NCBI GenBank assembly: GCA_964490285.1
Contig: CAZBCN010000006.1
Span: forward strand, 13,720 to 77,719
DNA: 64,000 bases
Direction: 5' to 3'
Source: an uncultured Gemmatimonas sp.
Lineage (GTDB): Bacteria; Gemmatimonadota; Gemmatimonadetes; Longimicrobiales; Gaopeijiaceae
Made by a program: the position numbers and the translations under genes. This document shows positions 19,225-27,501 of this stretch, in pieces; within the stretch, counting starts at the first letter, position 1, and every line of letters starts with the position of its first letter. The notes under the pieces were generated by a model. That model was not told the origin of the DNA. It made no database searches and saw nothing but the letters and a program-made list of their open reading frames with translations.

Positions 19225-19800
19225 ATGAAGAAAGCGATCTGCCTCGCCGTGCTGGCGGGGGCGTTCGCGATGGGCGCGCCGGTCGACGCACGCGCTCAGG
19301 GTCTGCTCGCGGTAGGCGAGATGGCACCCGATTTCGAGCTGCCGGGCGCGACCCGGTACGGTGCGCTCGCCAACCCCGTGCGCCTGAGCGACTACCGCGG
19401 CGAAACGGTCGTCCTCGCGTTCTTCTTCCGCGTCAGGACCCCTGGCTGAACAGTTCAAATGACGGCGTACCGTGATCAGTACGCGAGCCTATTCAACGAC
19501 GGACAGAACGTGGTGGTGCTGGGCATCTCGAATGATTCGCAGCAAGAGCTCGGAGCCTGGCTGAAGGACGCGGACTTCCCCTTCGTCTTCGCGAGCGACG
19601 CGGCCAATAACGGCGCGACGTACACGCGATTCGGCGGGGGGCTCCGACCCAACAACATGGTCGACAGCCGTGCCGTGATCGTGGTCGGTCCCGACGGTCG
19701 GGTCGCCGCGACGATCCCGCAGTTCAACCAAGCCGACCCGATGGCGTACGAGCAGCTTGCCGAGATCGTGGACCGAGTGACCCCGGAGCCGGCCCAGTAG
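19225..19800 (+). CDS. exported Bcp/AhpC-TSA-type peroxiredoxin with an in-frame TGA (19447-19449) at the peroxidatic Cys position: candidate selenoprotein, or else a pseudogene
   Basis: ORF ending at 19449 (...VVLAFFFRVRTPG*) and ORF 19459..19800 are in the same frame. Joined, they read RTPG-[TGA]-TVQMTAYRD, matching the Bcp motif TPGCTVQ-C--RD. Signal peptide MKKAICLAVLAGAFAMGAPVDARAQ. Confidence 0.6.
19465..19484 (+). promoter_or_regulatory. candidate bacterial SECIS hairpin
   Basis: GCGUAC-CGUGAUCA-GUACGC: 6-bp stem, 8-nt loop containing GU. It starts 15 nt after the UGA, so the loop lies about 21 nt downstream. Confidence 0.4.
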
Positions 19801-19829
19801 TAGAGGGCTCTCCGGAGCACGCAACGAAA

Positions 19830-19872
19830 GAGGGCCCGGCGCGGACGTCCGCGCCGGGCCCTCGGTCTTTTT
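19830..19872. terminator. intrinsic terminator between convergent genes
   Basis: Near-perfect 15-bp palindrome GAGGGCCCGGCGCGG-ACGT-CCGCGCCGGGCCCTC followed by GGTCTTTTT. An A-run lies on the other side. Confidence 0.6.
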
Positions 19873-19887
19873 CGGCAGTCCTGGGCG

Positions 19888-20412
19888 TCAGCTCCCGAGG
19901 AGCCGCGCCGCCGCGCCGACGAGATCCTGTTCGGCGCCTACGCCCGTGTAGGCCACCCTGCCCTGGGCGTCGAGCATGACGACGATGGACGTGGTCGTGG
20001 CGTTGTATGCGCGAACGGCGGCACCCCGGTCATCCCAGAGGAACGTGTACCCCGGGTCGTGATCCTCCAGGTGGCGCTGTACCCTGCGCACCGTCTGCGC
20101 GACGCCGACCGCGACCGCCACGATGTTGACCCGTTCACCGTGGCGCGCCTGGATCTGGTCCATCTGGGGCTGGAGCCTCTCGCAGATCTCGCACCAGGTC
20201 GCCCAGAACTCGATGATCGCGGGCTTGCCCCTCGTGAAGTCGATCAAGTCGACTGCGTTGCCCTCGAGGTCTTCGAGCGCCGCGCTGGGCCCCATCGTGC
20301 CGATCGGCAGGGAGACCGATCCCTCGCCCGCCGCCTGCGCCCGCACGCCGAGGGGGAGCGCCAGCACCAGGGTCAACGCGATGCGGAGCGACGATTTCCC
20401 GAGCATGGTCAC
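19888..20412 (-). CDS. TlpA/ResA-like periplasmic thiol:disulfide oxidoreductase
   Basis: Signal peptide. IIEFWATWCEICERL is a CxxC motif in a thioredoxin fold. Confidence 0.85.
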   Translation of the reverse strand: MTMLGKSSLRIALTLVLALPLGVRAQAAGEGSVSLPIGTMGPSAALEDLEGNAVDLIDFTRGKPAIIEFWATWCEICERLQPQMDQIQARHGERVNIVAVAVGVAQTVRRVQRHLEDHDPGYTFLWDDRGAAVRAYNATTTSIVVMLDAQGRVAYTGVGAEQDLVGAAARLLGS

Positions 20413-20413
20413 C

Positions 20414-21145
20414 TCACAGGTTGTATCCGGCGGACACGAAGTAATACTCCGCCATGCCGAACATGATCAACGCGGCGATCCGCTTCACCCACACCATCCA
20501 GACACCCGACCGGGGCAGAAGCGCTAGGGTCCCGGAGAACAGGCCCACGGCCACGAGGAGCGCCGTCATTCCCAGCGAGAAGACGAACAGATAGACGAAG
20601 CCCATCAGGCCGGCCCCGGTGGCCGCGACCCAGGTGAGCACGACCGCGAAGGCCGGCGCGCCGCACGGCGCGGCGACCACGCCCGACATCGCCCCCATGA
20701 GGAACACGGCCCCGTAGGAGCCGCCCTCTGTCTGCGCCGCCCGCTGGAGCAGCTTCTGGGGCACGGGCACCGGGAGCACGTCGAGCATCACCAGCCCGAA
20801 CAGGAGCAAGAGATTCCCGATCGCGAGCCGCGCCCACGGACTCGCGCTCACGGTCCCGAAGAGCTGGCCGCTCATTCCCGCGATCGCGCCGAGAACCGCG
20901 TACAGCATGGCGAGCCCCACCGCGTAGGTGAGCGTCAGGCCGATGGTCCGAGCCTTCGACTGTTGCTCCCTCGCAGTCCCCGCGATCACCGCGCTCGTGA
21001 TGGGGATCATCGGATACACGCACGGTGTGAGGCTCGTGAGGAGGCCCGCGCCGAACATTGCACCCAATGCGAGCAATGGGCTCGAGGCCAGCGCCTCGGA
21101 CAGGCCGCCCGGCGGCTCGATCTGCAGCAGGGAGTAGAGGGTCAC
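20414..21145 (-). CDS. ccdA: cytochrome c biogenesis / thiol-reductant transfer membrane protein CcdA (DsbD core)
   Basis: LTSLTPCVYPMIPI and the second Cys motif VVAAPCGAPAF. Polytopic membrane protein. Confidence 0.9.
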   Translation of the reverse strand: MTLYSLLQIEPPGGLSEALASSPLLALGAMFGAGLLTSLTPCVYPMIPITSAVIAGTAREQQSKARTIGLTLTYAVGLAMLYAVLGAIAGMSGQLFGTVSASPWARLAIGNLLLLFGLVMLDVLPVPVPQKLLQRAAQTEGGSYGAVFLMGAMSGVVAAPCGAPAFAVVLTWVAATGAGLMGFVYLFVFSLGMTALLVAVGLFSGTLALLPRSGVWMVWVKRIAALIMFGMAEYYFVSAGYNL

Positions 21146-21243
21146 GTCGGGAAAAGTGGCGGGAAACGTCCACCGACGACACTGCCTCGGATATATTCGT
21201 TGCCCCAGCAGCCGTCCACCTCGCCCGGACTCATCCGCCGTCG

Positions 21244-21912
21244 ATGGAACACGCTACCCGCCCGCGCCCATGGCGCATCAAGACCCGCATGGCCTCCGGC
21301 CTCGTGGTCCTGATTCCCCTCGTCGTCACGCTCGCGGTCATCCGCTTCCTCTTCAATTTCACCTCCGGCATCCTGCTGCCGTTCCTCGACCCTGCGCTCG
21401 CGACTTGGCCCGCGGCGGCTCGGGCCGCTCTCTCCCTCGCCATCCTGCTGGTCACGGTCTACGTGCTGGGAGAGCTCGCGGCTCAGGCGGTGGGTCGCCG
21501 CGTGCTGGCGCTCGGGGAGCGCCTCGTGCTCAAGCTCCCCTTCGTGAAGGTCATCTACTCGGCGTCCAAGCAGGTGGTTGCGACGTTCCAGGGACAGAAG
21601 TCGCAGGCCTTCAAGTCGGTCGTCTTCGTGGAGTTCCCCCATCCGGGCCTGCGTGCCATCGGCTTCGTGACGTCCCGCATCGAGCGCGAGGACGGGTCGA
21701 TCTGGAACCTCGTGTTCATTCCGACGACCCCCAACCCCACCACCGGATTCCTCCAGCTCGTGCCCCCGGAGCGCCTGACGCAGACCAACATCACGGTCGA
21801 GGACGGCATCAAGCTCGTCATGTCACTCGGGGTGCTGACGCCCGACCAATGGAACCCGTCCCGCGCGCCGACCGTAGGGTTCCCGGGCACGCCCCTCGGG
21901 ACCCAACCGTAG
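21244..21912 (+). CDS. DUF502 family membrane protein
   Basis: ATG 21244 chosen. LVVLIPLVVTLAVIRFLFNF TM segments, then FVEFPHPGLRAIGFVT...VFIPTTPNPTTGFLQLVP. Confidence 0.8.
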   Translation: MEHATRPRPWRIKTRMASGLVVLIPLVVTLAVIRFLFNFTSGILLPFLDPALATWPAAARAALSLAILLVTVYVLGELAAQAVGRRVLALGERLVLKLPFVKVIYSASKQVVATFQGQKSQAFKSVVFVEFPHPGLRAIGFVTSRIEREDGSIWNLVFIPTTPNPTTGFLQLVPPERLTQTNITVEDGIKLVMSLGVLTPDQWNPSRAPTVGFPGTPLGTQP

Positions 21913-21924
21913 GCACGAACCCGC

Positions 21925-22596
21925 ATGGCGAAACGATCCAGGTCCAAGCTTCGGTTTCTGGCGGGATTCGGGCTCTTCTTCTCGGTGCTCTGGCTCCTGT
22001 GGGAGACGCCGGTCGTCTATCCCCTCAAGATCTTCGTCGTCCTGTTGCACGAGGTCAGTCACGCCATGGTCGCGGTCGCGACCGGGGGCTCGATCGACCG
22101 CATCACGCTCGATCCGTTTCAGGGCGGCGCGTGTCACTGCCCTGGCGGTAACGCCTTCCTCACGTTGAGCGCAGGTTACCTCGGGAGCTTGCTGTGGGGC
22201 GGGCTGATGCTCTCGGCGGCCCGCGCCAACCGGATCAAGTCCGAGTGGGTGAACGGCCTCATCGGCGCGCTGGTCATCGGCCTCACGGTGCTCTACGTGC
22301 GCAACGGCTTCGGGTTCGCGTTCGGGATCATCTTCGGGCTCGCGATGATCGTCGTGTCGCGGAAGCTCGGCGATGCGGTGAACCGGCCCCTCCTGCTCAC
22401 CCTCGGCCTCACGAGCGCGCTCTACGCGATCCTGGATATCAAGAGCGACGTGCTCGACCGCCCCGAGGTTCGCTCGGATGCGTACATGCTCGCCGAGATC
22501 ACGGGCGTGCCCACCTTGGCCTGGGGAGTCCTTTGGATCGGCGCGGCGCTCGGGTTCAGCTTCTGGCTCCTCCGTCGGGCCTACCGGGACGCCTGA
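21925..22596 (+). CDS. M50B-like integral-membrane metallopeptidase
   Basis: VVLLHEVSHAMVAVATGG is an HExxH motif within a TM helix. Multiple TM segments. Confidence 0.75.
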   Translation: MAKRSRSKLRFLAGFGLFFSVLWLLWETPVVYPLKIFVVLLHEVSHAMVAVATGGSIDRITLDPFQGGACHCPGGNAFLTLSAGYLGSLLWGGLMLSAARANRIKSEWVNGLIGALVIGLTVLYVRNGFGFAFGIIFGLAMIVVSRKLGDAVNRPLLLTLGLTSALYAILDIKSDVLDRPEVRSDAYMLAEITGVPTLAWGVLWIGAALGFSFWLLRRAYRDA

Positions 22597-22665
22597 CGAG
22601 CACCCCCTGCCGGTGGGATCGTGGCGCGCACGACCTACCATCCATCGCGCCGTGCGCCGACGGTC

Positions 22666-22695
22666 TTGCACCCGTCCGGGCACTCTGTGTATGAT
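22666..22695 (+). promoter_or_regulatory. possible sigma70-type promoter TTGCAC-18nt-TATGAT
   Basis: Read directly in the intergenic region downstream of the M50B-like gene. The -35 match is weak. Confidence 0.25.
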
Positions 22696-22699
22696 GGCC

Positions 22700-22912
22700 C
22701 CGTTCCGCCCTTTGTCGACTCCAGATAGGAGGTGATCCCTTGTCTAGTCCGAGTACTCTGTCCAGCCTGGCACGGGCAAGCGATCGCCGGAGCGGCTTCT
22801 AGAAGCCGAACCGCCTGCTGTAAGTCGCTGTTCGCGCCGTACCCGGCCATCGCGCTGGGCTGCGACAGTGCCGACGCCACCGGGAAGTCAGTCCGGTGGC
22901 GTCGCTTTTTTC
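22700..22912 (+). ncRNA. candidate structured small RNA of about 210 nt, or a micro-ORF transcript
   Basis: Intergenic, with locally lower GC. Nested long-range helices 22758-22767/22858-22868 and 22780-22790/22843-22853. Internal hairpin CGGCTT-CTAG-AAGCCG. A strong terminator follows. It contains AGGAGGTGAT (22727-22736). Confidence 0.3.
22872..22911 (+). terminator. rho-independent terminator
   Basis: 12-bp stem CGACGCCACCGG / CCGGTGGCGTCG, 9-nt loop, then C plus TTTTTT. Confidence 0.65.
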
Positions 22913-22922
22913 AGGGCGTGCT

Positions 22923-23480
22923 TCACGACTTCCACTTGATATTGCACCCCACACTGGGTAACTGACTCGCCGAGGGGACTTCTCCCGCGAGGACCGCGTC
23001 GCAAGCGGCCCGCAGATCCGCCCCCGTGACCGGCACGTCGAGGGAGGGACGACTCGAGTCGAACTGCCCTCTGTAGACGAGCCGGCGGTCGGCGTCGTAG
23101 AGGAAGAAGTCGGGCGTGCATGCAGCCGCGTATGCCCTCGCTGCTTCCTGAGACTCGTCGAAGAGGTACGGGAAGGTATAACCACGCCGAGACACCTCCT
23201 CGGCCATCTTCGCCGGGCTGTCGTCCGGGTAGCGGACGACGTCGTTCGCGCAGATCCCCACCATGGCCAGGCCCTTCGCACGATACTCGCGCCCGAAGCG
23301 CGCGAGCTCCGGGGCGATGTGTTTCACGAACGGGCAGTGGTTGGACAGGAACACGACGAGTAGCGCTCGAGCGCCGGCGAAATCCGCGAGCGAGACCGTG
23401 CGCCCCGTCGCGGGCTCGGGCAACAGGAACTCCGGAGCGACGCTTCCGAGCGGCGCCATCGTCGACGGAACGCGAACCAT
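22923..23480 (-). CDS. thioredoxin-fold (AhpC/TSA-redoxin-like) protein
   Basis: LLVVFLSNHCPFVKH single-Cys motif typical of the thioredoxin family NHCP(F/Y)V group. Confidence 0.7.
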   Translation of the reverse strand: MVRVPSTMAPLGSVAPEFLLPEPATGRTVSLADFAGARALLVVFLSNHCPFVKHIAPELARFGREYRAKGLAMVGICANDVVRYPDDSPAKMAEEVSRRGYTFPYLFDESQEAARAYAAACTPDFFLYDADRRLVYRGQFDSSRPSLDVPVTGADLRAACDAVLAGEVPSASQLPSVGCNIKWKS

Positions 23481-23577
23481 CGCATGCCCCCTGCACGGGT
23501 TCGTGGGACCTGAAGACCAACCCCCCTCGCCTCGGCGAGTGCCGCCTGCGGTTGCGCGTCGGGGTCTTCTGGGCTAT

Positions 23578-23593
23578 TCATACGAACGTATGA
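23578..23593. promoter_or_regulatory. perfect 7-2-7 palindrome TCATACG-AA-CGTATGA, candidate TetR operator
   Basis: Read directly. It overlaps the ATG (23590) of the TetR gene. Confidence 0.45.
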
Positions 23594-24258
23594 GTGAGAA
23601 GCGATCCACGGCATCCCGCGGGCGCACCAGACCCCGCGCGCCCATGGGCGCGTCGACGCGCTCGGAGCTGATCACCGCGGGCCGCCGGCTGTTCGCTCAA
23701 CGCGGCTACGACGGCGCATCGATTCGCGCGATCACGCGGGATGCGGGCGCGAACCTCGGCGCGGTCACCTACCATTTCGGCTCGAAGCGCGATCTCTACG
23801 CCGCTGTGCTCGAGGAGGGGTTGCGACCCCTCGCCGCTCGGGTCGCGGAGTCGGTCCGCTCCGGCGGACCCGCGCTGGAGCGGATGCTGCGTGTGGTCGA
23901 GGCGTACTTCGAACATCTACAGCACCACCCCGACCTCCCTCACCTGCTGCTGCAGGAAGTCGCCGCCGGAAAGCAACCGCCGCCGGTCGTCCTCGAGATC
24001 ATCCGTGGCGTGAAGGAGGCGATCGCACGTCTGCAGGTCGAAGGCGCCGCCGACGGCTCGGTGCGCCCCGGTCACCCCGTCTTGACCGCCCTCAGCGTCA
24101 TCTCGCAGCCGGTCTACCTCGCGCTCGTCGCTCCCCTGCTCCGGACCGTCGGCCCGTTCGATCTCGCCGACCCGGAGACACGCCGGGTGGCACTGGAGCA
24201 TACACTCGCCTTCGTCCGCGCAGGCCTGACGCCCGCAAAGAACGAGATCAACAGATGA
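23590..24258 (+). CDS. TetR/AcrR family transcriptional regulator
   Basis: ELITAGRRLFAQRGYDGASIRAITRDAGANLGAVTYHFGSKRDLY is a TetR HTH. Confidence 0.9.
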   Translation: MSEKRSTASRGRTRPRAPMGASTRSELITAGRRLFAQRGYDGASIRAITRDAGANLGAVTYHFGSKRDLYAAVLEEGLRPLAARVAESVRSGGPALERMLRVVEAYFEHLQHHPDLPHLLLQEVAAGKQPPPVVLEIIRGVKEAIARLQVEGAADGSVRPGHPVLTALSVISQPVYLALVAPLLRTVGPFDLADPETRRVALEHTLAFVRAGLTPAKNEINR

Positions 24259-25577
24259 AAGCAATACGGCGGAGCCGCGTCACCCTTGGATTCGTCGGCA
24301 CCTCGCTGCTGCTCCCGGCCAGTCTCGCAGCTCAGGCGCTCACCCTCGTCGAAGCGCTCGATGCGGCGCTCGCGACACACCCTGCGCTCGTGGCCGCCGA
24401 TGCCCGAGTGCTGGCGGCCGACGGAGCGGGCGATGCCGCCCGCTCGGCGCGCATGCCCGCGGCGGCCCTGACCGCGAACCTCACGCGTTTCCAGGAGCCG
24501 ATGGTGGTGGCTCCGCTCCATAGCCTCGACATCCGCACCCCGCCCCTCTTCGATCGCACGCTGGTCCAGGGGCAGCTCGGCGCCCAGTACACCCTTTTCG
24601 ACGGTGGCGTGCGCGCATCGCGGATCCGCGGCGCGGACGCGCTCCACGATGCCTCGCGAGCCGGTCGCAGCTCGGTCGAGATGCGCGTTCTCGAAGAGAC
24701 GATCGCCGCCTACACGGGTGTCATCACGGCGCGTACCATGCTCTCTGCTGCGAGAGCCCAGGTGGTAGCCCTCGCCGAGGAGAGCGCGCGCGCCCAACGC
24801 CACTTCGATGCCGGCTCGGCCGCGCGGCTCGAAGTGCTCCGGGCCGAAGCAGTCCTGCAGGAGGCTCGAGCGGAGGAAGCCGGCGCCACGGCCCGGGCCG
24901 CATTCGCGGAACGGGCGCTTGCTCGTGTCATGGGCACGGCGCCGACCGCGATCTCCGATCGGGATCTCGCAGATGTCACCTTCGCGGCCACGCCGGCGCG
25001 CGGTGATGCGCGAGCGAGTCCGCTGATTCGCCAAGCAGACCGCTCGGTGGCGGCGGCCGAGGCGCGATTCTCCGAGGAGCGTGCGGCGCGCCTCCCGACC
25101 GTGCAGGCTGGCGCCGGCCTATTGGACTTCGGCACCGCAGCCGGGGACCACGTCGTCGAGTGGCGTGCCGGCGTCGAGGTCTCTTGGCCTCTGTTCACGG
25201 GGGGCGCGCGCGGCGCCTCCGTGAGACGCGCGGCATCCGAGCTCGAGGTCGCACGCGCGGAGCTCGGCGCGGCGCGTCTCCTGGTCGAGCATGAGATCGA
25301 CGCGGCCCTGACCGCCGTGCTCGAGGCTGACGCACGCGTGCAGGCGCTCGGCGCGGCGGTCGAACAGTGGGAGGAGGTCGCACGCATCGAGGCCCTCGCG
25401 CTCCAGGCCGGCTCGGGCGAGCAACGCGACCTCCTGCGCGCCGAGGCGGGCCTCTTCCAGGCGCGAGCGGGGCAGGCCCGAGCCCGGCAGGACTCGATCC
25501 TCGCGCGGGTCCAGCAGGCTCGGGCTGAAGGAGTTCTCAATCGGGATTGGATCGACGAATCGATGGAGGATCGATGA
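24255..25577 (+). CDS. TolC-family outer-membrane efflux protein
   Basis: Signal peptide. Two OEP repeats rich in coiled Ala/Arg/Glu. ATGA overlap with the TetR stop. Confidence 0.85.
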   Translation: MKAIRRSRVTLGFVGTSLLLPASLAAQALTLVEALDAALATHPALVAADARVLAADGAGDAARSARMPAAALTANLTRFQEPMVVAPLHSLDIRTPPLFDRTLVQGQLGAQYTLFDGGVRASRIRGADALHDASRAGRSSVEMRVLEETIAAYTGVITARTMLSAARAQVVALAEESARAQRHFDAGSAARLEVLRAEAVLQEARAEEAGATARAAFAERALARVMGTAPTAISDRDLADVTFAATPARGDARASPLIRQADRSVAAAEARFSEERAARLPTVQAGAGLLDFGTAAGDHVVEWRAGVEVSWPLFTGGARGASVRRAASELEVARAELGAARLLVEHEIDAALTAVLEADARVQALGAAVEQWEEVARIEALALQAGSGEQRDLLRAEAGLFQARAGQARARQDSILARVQQARAEGVLNRDWIDESMEDR

Positions 25578-26569
25578 TGACGGTGCGTATCCGGATCGCG
25601 TTGATTCTCACGCTGGTCGCTGCGGGCGCGTGGCTCGCTCTGCGTGGTCGCGGGGGTGCTGCGGACTCGAGCGTGGTCGCGTCGGGAACCGTCGAGGCGA
25701 CCGATGCAGACCTCGGCTTCCAGATGGCCGGCCGCGTTCTGCGGATCTCCGTCGGCGAGGGCGACGCGGTGACCATCGGGGACGAGCTCGCCCGACTCGA
25801 CACGCGTGAGCTCGACGCCGCCCTGGAAGGCGCGCGCGCGCAGCTCGACGCGGCCGAGGCTCGCCTGAACGAGCTCGAGCGGGGCGCGCGCCCTCAAGAG
25901 GTGCAGACCGCGGAAGCGGCGGTGCGGTCGGCGGCCACGCGCACGGAGGAAGCCCGGCGCGAGCGGGAGCGCGCGGTGAGCCTGTTCGCCGGTGGCGCGA
26001 TCAGCCGACAGGCCCTCGACCGAGCCGAGGCGGCGCTCGAAGTCGCCACGGCCGCCCACGATCAAGCCGAGGAGCATCTCGCGCTCGTCGAGGAAGGACC
26101 GCGCACCGAGACGATCCAAGCGCAACGCGCCGCCGTCGCGCAGGCTCGCGCGAACGTCACCCGAGCGGAGGCCGTGCTCCACAACGCCGTGATCACGGCA
26201 CCGTTCGATGGGGTGGTGACGATTCGGCATCGGGAGGTCGGCGAGGCCGTCACGCCCGGCGCGCCGGTCCTCACGCTCCTCGACCCGGGCGACCGATGGG
26301 TTCGCATCTACGTGCGCGAGGACCAGATGGGACTGTTACGGCTGGGGCTCGGCGCACGGATCGTCGCCGACACCCACCCGGATCGCGTCTACACGGGCGA
26401 CGTGGTCTTCATCGGGAGTGAAGCGGAGTTCACGCCACGGAACGTCCAGACCGCGGAAGAGCGCATCAAGCTCGTCTATCCGGTGAAAGTCCGAGTCACC
26501 GGCGATCCCGACTTCGAGCTCAAGCCGGGCGTGCCCGCGGATGTGACTCTCTTGGAAGGGGGCGCGTGA
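25574..26569 (+). CDS. HlyD-family periplasmic adaptor (YbhG-like)
   Basis: ATGA overlap start. N-terminal TM segment, GTVEATDADLGF, coiled coil, ITAPFDGVV, FTPRNVQTAEERIKLVYPVKV. Confidence 0.85.
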   Translation: MMTVRIRIALILTLVAAGAWLALRGRGGAADSSVVASGTVEATDADLGFQMAGRVLRISVGEGDAVTIGDELARLDTRELDAALEGARAQLDAAEARLNELERGARPQEVQTAEAAVRSAATRTEEARRERERAVSLFAGGAISRQALDRAEAALEVATAAHDQAEEHLALVEEGPRTETIQAQRAAVAQARANVTRAEAVLHNAVITAPFDGVVTIRHREVGEAVTPGAPVLTLLDPGDRWVRIYVREDQMGLLRLGLGARIVADTHPDRVYTGDVVFIGSEAEFTPRNVQTAEERIKLVYPVKVRVTGDPDFELKPGVPADVTLLEGGA

Positions 26570-27501
26570 AGCGAGCCGCAGTCGAGGTCGAAGGACTCGT
26601 CCGCACGTTCGCATCGGTGACTGCGGTCGACGGCCTCACCTTCGACGTGGAGCGAGGCGAGCTCTTCGGCATCGTCGGGCCGGACGGAGCCGGCAAGACG
26701 ACCACGCTCCGGATGCTGGCGGGCGTCCTCCGCCCTACGTCCGGGACCGCGCGCGTCGCTGGCATCGACGTCGGCCAGGAGCCCGAGGAGGTCAAACCGC
26801 TCATCGCGTACATGGCACAGCGGTTCGGTCTCTACGAGGACCTCACCGTCGCGGAGAACCTCGACTTCTACGCGGATCTGTACCGCGTGCCCAGCGCCGT
26901 GCGCCCAGCTCGCCTCGATCGCCTCTACGCGTTCAGTCGCCTCGGAGAGTTCAAGGACCGACTGGCGGGCAAGCTGTCCGGAGGGATGAAACAGAAGCTC
27001 TCTCTCTCGTGCTGTTTGGTGCACCATCCCGAAGTCCTTCTGCTGGACGAGCCCACGTTCGGGGTGGATCCGATCTCGCGCCGGGAGCTATGGCTGATCC
27101 TCCACGAGATGGTCAGAGAGGGCGTCACCGTCCTCGTGTCGACGTCGTATCTCGACGAAGCCGAGCGCTGTGACCGCGTGCTGCTGCTCAACGAGGGCAC
27201 GGCACTCGCCCTCGACCAGCCTGTCGCATTGCAGTCTTCGCTTCCCGGATCACTTCTGGCCATCCGCGCCGATCGGCCCCGGGAGGCGCGAGATCTGCTG
27301 CGTACCTCCTCGTCCGTGGAGACCGCGACGCTCTTCGGTGACACCATTCACGTCCTCGTGGCCCCAGGCACGAACGCGCGGGACCTCACGAGCGTGATCG
27401 CGCGTGCCGGAATCCGCGTCACCGACTCACGCACGATCGAGCCATCCCTCGAGGACGTGTTCATCCACCGGGTCCGTCCCGAGATCCTGGCGCATGGATG
27501 A
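26566..27501 (+). CDS. ABC transporter ATP-binding protein (first half of a YbhF-like pair)
   Basis: Walker A GPDGAGKTT, signature LSGGMKQKL, Walker B LLLDEPT. GTGA overlap with the HlyD stop. Confidence 0.9.
   Translation: MKRAAVEVEGLVRTFASVTAVDGLTFDVERGELFGIVGPDGAGKTTTLRMLAGVLRPTSGTARVAGIDVGQEPEEVKPLIAYMAQRFGLYEDLTVAENLDFYADLYRVPSAVRPARLDRLYAFSRLGEFKDRLAGKLSGGMKQKLSLSCCLVHHPEVLLLDEPTFGVDPISRRELWLILHEMVREGVTVLVSTSYLDEAERCDRVLLLNEGTALALDQPVALQSSLPGSLLAIRADRPREARDLLRTSSSVETATLFGDTIHVLVAPGTNARDLTSVIARAGIRVTDSRTIEPSLEDVFIHRVRPEILAHG

Noticed and set aside
22732-22965. 77-aa Cys-containing ORF (MIPCLVRVLCPAWHG...) that might suggest a RiPP precursor.
   Set aside because: The GTG start is embedded in the SD-like AGGAGGTGAT with no spacing. 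The frame reads straight through a strong rho-independent terminator and into the convergent gene. No processing enzymes are nearby.
24710-26230. 506-aa minus-strand ORF.
   Set aside because: It is antisense to the TolC-like and HlyD genes. The sequence is Ala/Arg/Ser low complexity.
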